This document shows positions 29,988 through 38,506 of a stretch of 64,000 nt of DNA, one piece after another. Each line of letters opens with the position of its first letter. The stretch's first letter is position 1. The stretch spans positions 1,064,409 through 1,128,408 of the forward strand of contig CP181398.1 in the NCBI GenBank assembly GCA_047946875.1, in the 5' to 3' direction. The position numbers and the translations under genes are program-made. Source of the DNA: Candidatus Kerfeldbacteria bacterium (lineage in GTDB: Bacteria; Patescibacteriota; Patescibacteriia; UBA10025; JAHIVO01). The notes beneath the pieces were generated by a model. It was given only the letters and a program-made list of their open reading frames with translations. It made no database searches and was not told where the DNA came from.

Positions 29988-30737
29988 TTACTTATTTTGT
30001 TTATTATAAAGATATGTGCCAACATCAAGACTCCAAAAAGATTTACCTTGCCTCTTTTTTCTTATCCATCTCTTAACTAATAACATCATAATTACTAAAC
30101 TTGAAAATACAATAACCACCCATTGCCAGACAGTCAACCTCTGATTTTCTTGTCCAAATCCTAGTTCCGCAATATTACAAATATTATCTATAAGTGTGGT
30201 ACTTGTATCTCTGTTCGGATGTGCTCTTTGTAAATCTTCCAGTTCCTTTTTCGAAATATCATCTATTAATAATTCAACATTCTGGTCATTACTTATGTCA
30301 ACGGTCACCTGATAGTCTTGATTAACGTAATATAAAATTTTCTCACCTTCAAGATGATTACACTCTTCTTGATTTATCTCTATTAAAACCACTATTTGGT
30401 GTTGGCCAATCTGTACAAATCGACTTGAATCATCTACTATTGCTATAAAATTACCTTGGTCGTCCGTTTGCAATTCCAACGTCTCTCCAATCAAATTATC
30501 CACAAGATAAATAATCTGATCCTTATAAATAGTCTTTCCCTGAATAGAGATTGCGTGTTGATCTGAATAAGCTGTTATAATTGTAATTTCGGGAGCTTGC
30601 GGTGGCGCAACTGTAACCGAAACATTCACACTATCGCTCACTGCCAGGCAAATTGTAGGAACAATAAGTATAATAAGTGCTACAAGAACTAGTTCGTGTT
30701 TAACGATATAGTAAAGCAGGGGAAATATTTTTTTCAT
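29988..30737 (-). CDS. Hypothetical surface protein with signal peptide and C-terminal TM helix plus basic tail
   Basis: N-terminal hydrophobic segment. C-terminal …TVWQWVVIVFSSLVIMMLLVKRWIRKKRQ resembles a sortase-substrate membrane anchor, but no LPXTG is seen. Confidence 0.45.
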   Translation of the reverse strand: MKKIFPLLYYIVKHELVLVALIILIVPTICLAVSDSVNVSVTVAPPQAPEITIITAYSDQHAISIQGKTIYKDQIIYLVDNLIGETLELQTDDQGNFIAIVDDSSRFVQIGQHQIVVLIEINQEECNHLEGEKILYYVNQDYQVTVDISNDQNVELLIDDISKKELEDLQRAHPNRDTSTTLIDNICNIAELGFGQENQRLTVWQWVVIVFSSLVIMMLLVKRWIRKKRQGKSFWSLDVGTYLYNKQNK

Positions 30738-30887
30738 AGTTTTTATTTTTTTAACCTTTACTTACATATATATTATACAGTAAATGCAGGATTATTCAAA
30801 AATTTTATCTCTCCTAATAACTCCTCCATATACCCAAAACCTCAATGATTTTGAGATTAGTTCAAATAAGTTTACAGTAGCCATCCG

Positions 30888-30930
30888 AAAAAAAATAAAG
30901 TCTCCGTTTTAAAAAACAGAGACTTTTTAG
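30888..30930. terminator. Bidirectional hairpin terminator downstream of the OMP-like gene
   Basis: AAAGTCTC…GAGACTTT stem, flanked by A8 and T5. Confidence 0.55.
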
Positions 30931-30944
30931 TTTGAAAGAACTTG

Positions 30945-31571
30945 CTACAGCAGAGAAATGCCAAGATTAAATGTAAAGCCATTATTACTGTCGGTTCTAA
31001 ATGGTCCACCAGAGTAAGAATTCATTATATGTTGTAAAGAGAATCCTATAAAAACCATTCCTGAGCCTGTTTTAATGCCAAACTCTGCACTCAATAAGAA
31101 ATAGCTTTGTTTCAGACGTGCTAATGAACCATCCTGAATATTCGTATTCATCTTCACACCAGATAAATCATAAACACCGGTTATCTTCCCTCTCCAATGG
31201 ACAAATGATAATTGCCTACTTCGAGAGTAAAGCTTGGACCAAGGTGTGGCCACAAAAGTACCTACACCTAGTTTTGATTTTTCTTCCTGATAGCTTCCAG
31301 CTGATGCATTCGCATAATGAGTATAAACTAGCGCAAAGTTGAAAAACCTTGCCAACTTATAGCTTGTCGTAACTCCAAAAGCACCGGAGAGCTTGATGTC
31401 GGTTGATGGCACATGAACAGTCTGTCCACCTGGCAGATACACAGACACTTCGAGAGGATTCAAATGACCTCGCTTGCGTTGAGCTTCGGCCGGTATAGCA
31501 AACATCCCTATTGGTAATAATATTATTACCAAAAACTTTAGCATTGTTGAACGGAAAATACAGCTCTCCAT
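30945..31571 (-). CDS. Outer-membrane-type beta-barrel protein candidate (OmpW/OmpX-like small porin fold)
   Basis: Signal peptide …MLKFLVIILLPIGMFAIPAEA. Repeated amphipathic alternating-hydrophobic strands (VSVYLPG, FALVYTHY, LGVGTFVATPW, LSFVHWRG, SYFLLSAEFGIK, GFTFNLGISLL). Strong AAGGAGG ribosome-binding site. GC is visibly higher than its neighbours. Confidence 0.45.
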   Translation of the reverse strand: MESCIFRSTMLKFLVIILLPIGMFAIPAEAQRKRGHLNPLEVSVYLPGGQTVHVPSTDIKLSGAFGVTTSYKLARFFNFALVYTHYANASAGSYQEEKSKLGVGTFVATPWSKLYSRSRQLSFVHWRGKITGVYDLSGVKMNTNIQDGSLARLKQSYFLLSAEFGIKTGSGMVFIGFSLQHIMNSYSGGPFRTDSNNGFTFNLGISLL

Positions 31572-31793
31572 TTTTTCCTCCTTGGAAAAATAATGGTATT
31601 AATTAGTCCCCTAACTAACACCTTTTTAAATTAATAAGTATTCGTCCTATGAATATTTTTTCAAATAACAATTTTAATTGCTAACAATAACACATATATA
31701 GTATTTGTCAATAGTCATAAAGGTGGTAATTGCATAATAAAAAACCGGATCTTCTTTTGGAAGTCCGGCTATAATTTTTGATAAACTTTTGAA

Positions 31794-32021
31794 TTAGTTT
31801 ATCTGTTCAACTTGCTCTTGAGATGACTCAATATTATTTAAGTCTTTATTGTAATCCGAGACGGCAAAGGCGGCTATGCCCACGATTACAAGAACTATCA
31901 CTAAGATAAATATGATTTTTACTCCCTTACCCAGAGCGCCTGTCAATTCAGTATCGTTAGTACGCTTGTGGTAAGTTTGATTTCCCTGCCGTTGCTTGAT
32001 TTTCCTTATTTTCTTACTCAT
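31794..32021 (-). CDS. Small single-pass membrane protein
   Basis: Start at ATG 32019-32021 (MSKKIRK…) behind an AGGGAG ribosome-binding site. One TM helix (IIFILVIVLVIVGIAAFAV). Confidence 0.4.
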   Translation of the reverse strand: MSKKIRKIKQRQGNQTYHKRTNDTELTGALGKGVKIIFILVIVLVIVGIAAFAVSDYNKDLNNIESSQEQVEQIN

Positions 32022-32152
32022 TAGAAATCTCCCTGAAATCAAATGTTTACCTTATGTTAACATATAAATATATATCAAATTATTCTTTTTGTCAAGAGTA
32101 GTATTCATTTGATCATTTGCTAAGATTCGCGTAAAATAAATCATGTAACCAT

Positions 32153-32449
32153 ATGATAAAAACTAAGTTAGGAAAATGGTCTGTTGGTTTAATGGGTTCG
32201 TTTATTCTTTGGATGATGATATTAATTATTTTAATTATTACTGGCCAAAAAGGTGGTGATACTTTTTTTAGTAACCCTCTCTTATCAATCTCGGCTGTAA
32301 TCGCTGCTCTATCAGGATTTATATCATTAATAGTAGGTCTCGTTGCAATAATAAAACATAAAGAAAAAGCTGCGTTAGTATACATATCTACCTTCCTTAG
32401 TTTATTGATTACCATATACATATTTGCTGAAATAATTTTTCCACATTAA
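32153..32449 (+). CDS. Small three-helix membrane protein
   Basis: Three hydrophobic segments. No ribosome-binding site. Confidence 0.4.
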   Translation: MIKTKLGKWSVGLMGSFILWMMILIILIITGQKGGDTFFSNPLLSISAVIAALSGFISLIVGLVAIIKHKEKAALVYISTFLSLLITIYIFAEIIFPH

Positions 32450-32475
32450 TATAATTTAGTAATAATTAAAAACAT

Positions 32476-34131
32476 ATGAAAAAACTAGCCTTCGTTTTAG
32501 GAATATCCATAGCCATTTTTGTCAGCGCAAACTTTGCTGAAGCTATTCAAATTATTGATGATGCTCTGCAAGTTAACTCATTAAGAGTTGGTCAACAAGG
32601 GGTTGGTGGTGTTACCTACTTTAATGGCACCATCATTAATGAAACAACTACTGATGGGGTGGGTAATCCTGTAGCTTTTGGAGATGATGTTAGAATAGAT
32701 GGAAGACTGTTTCGTGGAGCAACAGCTGGTACTGGAGATACACAACCATTCATTATTAATGATAATCTTGAAGTTGTTGGATCATTAACTGTAGGATCAA
32801 CTAACATACTTTCCAGTTTAAGCTCTCTTGGAACGACTGATGCCAACTTACAATCTCAGATTACCACTTTAGAAACAACGGACTCTAGTTTGCAATCTCA
32901 GATCTCTGCCAAAGGAGTTGGTGATATGTTGAAGTCAACCTACGATATTGCTGGAAACAGCAAGATAGATGCTGGGAAACTAGATTCTGGTATTGCTGCT
33001 ACATTGATCAGTAGTGGTGGCGTAAATAACACAATTTTTAATTATTTAGCTAGTCTTAATTTAGATAATACCGGCAATATTCATTTAACAGCTCTTGGTA
33101 TTGACGCTGGGGCATTAGTTACAGGAGCAGATAACACACTTTTTGGCTATCAGGCTGGAGATGCAATTACTTCGGGAATCAATAATACAGCATTTGGCTA
33201 CAACACACTTAGTGCTATATCTACAAATGCCAATAATACCGCAATTGGCAGTAACGCACTTGCTGTTAGCACTGCAACTAATAATACAGCAATTGGATAT
33301 GATGCTTTAGCAGCTAATACAATAGGTAATTCAAATACTGCAGTAGGAAGTAAAGCATTAGACGCAAATACTGAAGGTGAATTTAACACAGCAATCGGCT
33401 ATAGTGCTCTTACTGCAAATATATTAGCCAGTTCAAACACCGCTATCGGATATAATGCCATGGCAGCGCACAATGGCGCTGGTGCTATGAATGTTGCTAT
33501 TGGTAGAAATGCCTTAGATGCTAGCACAGGTGGAACTTGGAATGTAGCTGTTGGTTATGAGACTCTTACTACTGGCACGGGTAATGACTCGAGCGTTGCC
33601 GTTGGTTATCAGGCTTTAAGAGTAGCGCTTGGTGATAACAATGTTGCCGTTGGTTATCAGGCTGGGAACGGAATAACATCTGGGAATAATAATATTCTGA
33701 TTGGATATGATATTGATGCGGCTTCTCCTGGAGCAAGTAGTTATTATTTAAATATTGGTGATATCCTAACAGGAAGTCTTGACCCTACTGCACCTGGGCT
33801 CAGCATAGATAGTGGATTTGCATTAACACCATCGACAGATCAAACAAGAGAGGCTACATCTACTATTACAATTGATAATGGTATTGTTAGAGTAGTAAGC
33901 GATGGGGGAGGAATTGTTTTAGGAAGTACTGCAATTGAAGATGGAGCTGCAGATGGACAAATTGTAATTATTCAAGGCACTCACGACACCAATACAGTTC
34001 AAATACCAAATGCCGCTAATACTGCTCTCGTGGGTGATGCTGCAATTACTTTAGGTAAGGGAGATAATATACAATTAATGTGGGATAGTGGCGACAGCTT
34101 ATGGTATGAGATAAGTCGCGCCGATCATTAA
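32476..34131 (+). CDS. Secreted repeat protein with YadA-head/Hep_Hag-like beta-helix repeats (adhesin or fibre-like)
   Basis: Signal peptide MKKLAFVLGISIAIFVSANFA. Duplicated TTDxxLQSQI segment. More than 12 repeats of N(T/N)A(I/V)GY.AL.A (NTAFGYNTL, NTAIGSNAL, NTAIGYDAL, NTAVGSKAL, NTAIGYSAL, NTAIGYNAM, NVAIGRNAL, NVAVGYETL, SVAVGYQAL, NVAVGYQAG…), resembling the YadA head SVAIG repeat. Confidence 0.55.
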   Translation: MKKLAFVLGISIAIFVSANFAEAIQIIDDALQVNSLRVGQQGVGGVTYFNGTIINETTTDGVGNPVAFGDDVRIDGRLFRGATAGTGDTQPFIINDNLEVVGSLTVGSTNILSSLSSLGTTDANLQSQITTLETTDSSLQSQISAKGVGDMLKSTYDIAGNSKIDAGKLDSGIAATLISSGGVNNTIFNYLASLNLDNTGNIHLTALGIDAGALVTGADNTLFGYQAGDAITSGINNTAFGYNTLSAISTNANNTAIGSNALAVSTATNNTAIGYDALAANTIGNSNTAVGSKALDANTEGEFNTAIGYSALTANILASSNTAIGYNAMAAHNGAGAMNVAIGRNALDASTGGTWNVAVGYETLTTGTGNDSSVAVGYQALRVALGDNNVAVGYQAGNGITSGNNNILIGYDIDAASPGASSYYLNIGDILTGSLDPTAPGLSIDSGFALTPSTDQTREATSTITIDNGIVRVVSDGGGIVLGSTAIEDGAADGQIVIIQGTHDTNTVQIPNAANTALVGDAAITLGKGDNIQLMWDSGDSLWYEISRADH

Positions 34132-34171
34132 TCGAATTTATAGTATTTCAAATTAATTAATTTGGTATAAA

Positions 34172-34210
34172 AATAAAGCCTTGTAAATTATTACGGGGCT
34201 TTTTATTTTT
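34172..34210 (+). terminator. Rho-independent terminator
   Basis: AAAGCCTTGTAA-ATTA-TTACGGGGCTTT gives a 12-bp stem with two G-U pairs, followed by TTTTTATTTTT. Confidence 0.7.
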
Positions 34211-34290
34211 AATTAGAAAGATTAAATCATTTATCACTTTAAACTTTAACAAAAATGGATTCTTTATCAATTAATTGATACAATAAAATT

Positions 34291-34941
34291 ATGAAAATAG
34301 CTATACCAATTATAATTATTATTTTAATTCTATCCGTAGTTGGATATTTTATATTTCAAATCATGCAAGACGATCCACAGTATGACTTTACTCAGGTTTA
34401 TATAACAAACGTTAATTCAAATATTAATACCGCTCCTCAAATAGAAGAACCTATATTTATTGAACCAATAGCAGAATTCCAAGAGCGTATTACCAAAAAA
34501 CCATTTGGTATTTATATTACCCCAGATACCTCCCCTATCCAACCAGAAAAATTTAGTGGTTATCATACTGCTGTCGATGTTGAATATCCATATACCATTA
34601 GTGATGTGCCGGTCATAGCTATCTCTGACGGAGAAGTTGTGGCATCTAAAACCGTCTCAGGTTATGGTGGTGTTGTGATAATAAAACATACAATCAATGA
34701 TAACGAAGAAATTTTATCAATATACGGACACTTGAATGACGATCGCTCGGTTGATAAAAATAAGTATGTAAAACAAGGAGATGTTATTGGATATTTAGGT
34801 AAAGACAAAACTAAAGAAACCGACTTCGAAAGAAGACATCTACATTTTGGGATTATCAAAGGCGATAAAATTAATTATCATGGATACGTAGATGACGAAA
34901 ATGAACTTGAAAATTGGTATGATCCTATATTATTTTATTAA
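34291..34941 (+). CDS. M23-family (LytM-type) metallopeptidase, membrane anchored
   Basis: HTAVD, ISDGEVV, GYGGVVIIKH…YGHL, HLHFGI motifs. N-terminal TM helix. Confidence 0.85.
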   Translation: MKIAIPIIIIILILSVVGYFIFQIMQDDPQYDFTQVYITNVNSNINTAPQIEEPIFIEPIAEFQERITKKPFGIYITPDTSPIQPEKFSGYHTAVDVEYPYTISDVPVIAISDGEVVASKTVSGYGGVVIIKHTINDNEEILSIYGHLNDDRSVDKNKYVKQGDVIGYLGKDKTKETDFERRHLHFGIIKGDKINYHGYVDDENELENWYDPILFY

Positions 34942-34946
34942 ATTAT

Positions 34947-35576
34947 ATGAAACAAAAACAAATCAAACATATAGTTTTTGACTGGTCTGGAGTAATCGCA
35001 GATACTTTTGATAATTGGTTTATCGCCTCAACAAAGATATTTGAACACTTTGGTCATAAAAAACTATCTATCAAAGAATCACGAGAAAATTTTACCCAGC
35101 CATATATGGTTTTTTATAATAAGTACATGCCAAAGTTAGGATTAAAAGAACAACAAAAAGTTTACGAGAAAATCATTACCAAGCTGCCACCTGCAAATAT
35201 TTTCCCTGGAATGAGAAGTGAAATATTAAAATTTAAAAAAGCCGGTGTAGAATTATCCATCCTCAGCGGTGATAGACACCAAACTCTTTTTTTAGAAATG
35301 AAGAAGTATAAACTTAAAAATATATTTAACCAAATAGAATACAATATTCACGATAAAACAAAAACTATTAAAAAAGTTATAAGCAAAAGTGATTATAATC
35401 CAAAAGAAACTGTTTTTATCGGCGACACAACTCATGAAATCGAAGCTGGGAAAAAAGTGGGCTGCCAAACGTGTTCCGTAACTTGGGGATTTATGACAAA
35501 AAGAAGATTATCAAAAACTAAACCTACATATATTGTAAGTAAGCCAAGCTTATTATTTAAAACATTAATACATTAA
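34947..35576 (+). CDS. HAD-superfamily hydrolase (motif I variant DWSGV)
   Basis: IVFDWSGVIAD (motif I, second Asp replaced by Ser), SGD (motif II/III region), FIGDTTHEIEAGKKVG (motif IV). Confidence 0.75.
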   Translation: MKQKQIKHIVFDWSGVIADTFDNWFIASTKIFEHFGHKKLSIKESRENFTQPYMVFYNKYMPKLGLKEQQKVYEKIITKLPPANIFPGMRSEILKFKKAGVELSILSGDRHQTLFLEMKKYKLKNIFNQIEYNIHDKTKTIKKVISKSDYNPKETVFIGDTTHEIEAGKKVGCQTCSVTWGFMTKRRLSKTKPTYIVSKPSLLFKTLIH

Positions 35577-35579
35577 ACA

Positions 35580-35858
35580 ATGCCCGAAATAAAAATACTA
35601 AAAACCATGGAAAGCGACCATGGTTGGGAATGTACTGTCCAAATAAATGATGATGATAGTTCAACCGAACATTTGGTCACCATCCCCCTTACAACCTACT
35701 CTAGATTAACTGGCGAGCAATATCCAGTAGAACAGCTAGTTATAAAATCTTTTGAGTTTTTATTGAACAAAGAATCAAAAGAATCTATCTTAAGTGAATT
35801 CACCCTTGATATTATCGGTGATTATTTCCCAAGTTGGGAACAAGAAATAGTAAAATAA
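35580..35858 (+). CDS. Hypothetical small cytoplasmic protein
   Basis: ORF only. It is followed by the hairpin GACCCA…TGGGTC at 35868-35893. Confidence 0.4.
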   Translation: MPEIKILKTMESDHGWECTVQINDDDSSTEHLVTIPLTTYSRLTGEQYPVEQLVIKSFEFLLNKESKESILSEFTLDIIGDYFPSWEQEIVK

Positions 35859-35950
35859 AAAAGACCCATTTATTTTACTCGCTGGGTCATATTTACGAGT
35901 CCTGACCTCCATCAGAATTTTTTTTAAGGCTTGTTAGACCTAAGCTTTTT

Positions 35951-36196
35951 TCACTTTCTTTCAGTAATATATTCAAAACACATCCCTATAAATAGAAATA
36001 TGGCAACCATAGAACCAACACTTCCATTGGCCATTAAGATATTGCCAATTGTTGGTTTCATCATTGAATGCTCCAACATTACCATTGCAAAAAATGGAAA
36101 AGTGAATAAACATATCAAGGTAACAATAAAACCACTGCCCAATGAAAAGCCGATTGCTTTCAAGTAACCAAAGCTTCGTTTTACATTACTGTTCAT
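35951..36196 (-). CDS. Hypothetical small membrane protein (alternative to the overlapping + ORF 35931..36167)
   Basis: Two hydrophobic segments. Both strands are open here, and the choice of strand is weak. Confidence 0.3.
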   Translation of the reverse strand: MNSNVKRSFGYLKAIGFSLGSGFIVTLICLFTFPFFAMVMLEHSMMKPTIGNILMANGSVGSMVAIFLFIGMCFEYITERK

Positions 36197-36338
36197 TTTT
36201 TTCCCTTGGTTTTGATTTATTTTTCAAATTTCTTTTTAACCAATTATAATATCACCAAACTATCCATTTGTCAACCCTAAACAACAAATTAGAATATACA
36301 AAAAACTAACACCAACTTCTATATTATAGGTATTTATT

Positions 36339-37532
36339 TTATTTAACTATTTTTACAAACTTTCTTTTTCCAACTTGGAGCACCATACCATCAAGAACTC
36401 TTACTTTTTCTTTCCAGTCTGTTATTTGCATGCCATCAAACTTTACTGCCCCCTGTTCTATCATTCTTCTTGCATCACTTTTAGAATTTACTAACCCACT
36501 TTCAGCAACTACATCTAATAGGGTATAATTATCTTCTTTACCTATTTTATATTCAGGCATACTGTCTGGATTTTCTTTTTCCTTAAACATTTTATTAAAT
36601 TCATCCTCTGCTTTATCTGCCTCTTTTTCACTATAGTATATAGTTACTAGTTCTCGAGCTAATTTAACTTTATAATCACGTGGATTATCTCCTTTTTTCA
36701 TTCCTTTTGTAAAACTTTCGATATCTTTAAGGCTTACATCTGTTAAAAGCGTAAAATATTTAATTATCAAATCGTCGGGGATAGACATCGTCTTCCCAAA
36801 CATATCTTTTGCAGTATCATCAAGATCTATTGTATTACCAATACTCTTGCTCATCTTTTCTTTACCATCCGTCCCCTCAAGTAGTTGAGAAGTCATTATA
36901 TCTTGTGGTGCTTGATTATAGCTTGGCTGAATCTCTCTAGCTGCTAACATATTAAATGTTTGATCGGTACCACCCAACTCTACATCTGACCTCAAAGCAA
37001 CAGAATCATATCCTTGTAATATTGGGTACAAAAGCTCGTGTATCCAAAGTGGTTTTTTTTGTTGAATCCTTTTTTTGAACATGTCTCTCTCTAATATTTG
37101 ATTTACCGTAAATAAAGAGGCTAGCTCAAAAAGTTCTGCGAAGTCCATATTATTATGCCACTCTGAATTCTGTTTAAATTCTACTTTCGATAAATCTAAA
37201 ACTTTTCCTACTTGTTTTTTGTAGGACTTCATATTCTTCTTAATTTCTTCTGTGGTTATTGGTTTACGTGCCGACATCTTTCCTGAAGGATCGCCAATCT
37301 TTGCTGTAAAATCACCAATCAAGAATATAACCTGGTGGCCAAGCTCCATAAACTGTTTTAATTTTCTCAAGACTACGGTATGTCCTAAATGAAGCTTTGG
37401 AGCAGTCGCATCAACACCTAATTTTATCCTTAATTTCTTACCTGATTCAAGCTTGTTAGTTAAGCTTTTATTTACTATAACCTGATCAACGCCTCGTTTT
37501 AATAATTCTTCTATTTTTTCTATTTTATTCAT
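36339..37532 (-). CDS. tyrS: Tyrosyl-tRNA synthetase
   Basis: HIGH-type KLHLGH and KMSKS motifs. C-terminal S4-like domain. Confidence 0.95.
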   Translation of the reverse strand: MNKIEKIEELLKRGVDQVIVNKSLTNKLESGKKLRIKLGVDATAPKLHLGHTVVLRKLKQFMELGHQVIFLIGDFTAKIGDPSGKMSARKPITTEEIKKNMKSYKKQVGKVLDLSKVEFKQNSEWHNNMDFAELFELASLFTVNQILERDMFKKRIQQKKPLWIHELLYPILQGYDSVALRSDVELGGTDQTFNMLAAREIQPSYNQAPQDIMTSQLLEGTDGKEKMSKSIGNTIDLDDTAKDMFGKTMSIPDDLIIKYFTLLTDVSLKDIESFTKGMKKGDNPRDYKVKLARELVTIYYSEKEADKAEDEFNKMFKEKENPDSMPEYKIGKEDNYTLLDVVAESGLVNSKSDARRMIEQGAVKFDGMQITDWKEKVRVLDGMVLQVGKRKFVKIVK

Positions 37533-37602
37533 ATTATTTACCCTTATTCCTTTAAAGTATACCTTATTTTTGTTATACTATAAAGGTTATTAATAACATT
37601 TT

Positions 37603-38502
37603 ATGCTAAAATATATTTTAGGAATAGATATCGGAGGAACTAAAATACAAACTGGATTAGTAAATACTAATCTAAAAGTTATTCAGGGTAAACAATCAGT
37701 AATGAAAAGAAATACAAAGAGTCAGGCACTTAATAGTATTTTTAACTCTATCGAAGATTATAACCCAAAAGATATTAAAGCGATCGGCATCTCAATAACC
37801 GGCCTTGTAGACAGCAAAAAAGGCATTGCTATAAAAAGCCCCAATCTTCCAAAGGGATTTTTCAACGTGCCTTTAACTAAACTAATAAGTAAAAAATTTA
37901 AAAAACCTACTTTTATTGAAAATGATGGCAATTGCATTGCTTTGGCTGAAGCAATAGTAGGCGAAGGTAAAAATAATAAAATTGTTTTTAGTTTAACATT
38001 AGGGACTGGTATTGGCAGTGGTCTCATAATTAATAAAAAACTATACACCGGATCTAAAAACATATTCGAATTTGGTCATACTTTTATTTCTAATGAAAAA
38101 CAAAAATGTAATTGTGGACAATATGGGCATTTTGAATCTTTTGTAACTGGTGACGGAATTCAAAGAACATACAAAAAACTAACCAATAAGAACAAAACTT
38201 CTTATGAAATAATAAAAGAAGCAAAACTAAACAAGTCTAGTGCTAAAAAAGCGGTCGTTCTTACTAGTCACTATCTAACATTAGGTCTTGCAAATATAAT
38301 CAATTCTTATAATCCTGATATTATTGTTCTTGGTGGGGGGTTAGCTAAATTAAACGTACTTACCAAGCCAGCCATAAAAAATATTTATTCTCACCTATCA
38401 TCGCCTGAATATAAAAAAACCAAAGTTAAAGTATCAAAACTAGGTTACGATGCAGGCGTACTTGGCGCAGCTCTACTAACAAGGTATACTAGAAAAAAGT
38501 AA
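37603..38502 (+). CDS. ROK-family sugar kinase (glucokinase-like)
   Basis: ILGIDIGGTKIQ. Zn motif CNCGQYGHFE. Confidence 0.85.
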   Translation: MLKYILGIDIGGTKIQTGLVNTNLKVIQGKQSVMKRNTKSQALNSIFNSIEDYNPKDIKAIGISITGLVDSKKGIAIKSPNLPKGFFNVPLTKLISKKFKKPTFIENDGNCIALAEAIVGEGKNNKIVFSLTLGTGIGSGLIINKKLYTGSKNIFEFGHTFISNEKQKCNCGQYGHFESFVTGDGIQRTYKKLTNKNKTSYEIIKEAKLNKSSAKKAVVLTSHYLTLGLANIINSYNPDIIVLGGGLAKLNVLTKPAIKNIYSHLSSPEYKKTKVKVSKLGYDAGVLGAALLTRYTRKK

Positions 38503-38506
38503 TTAT

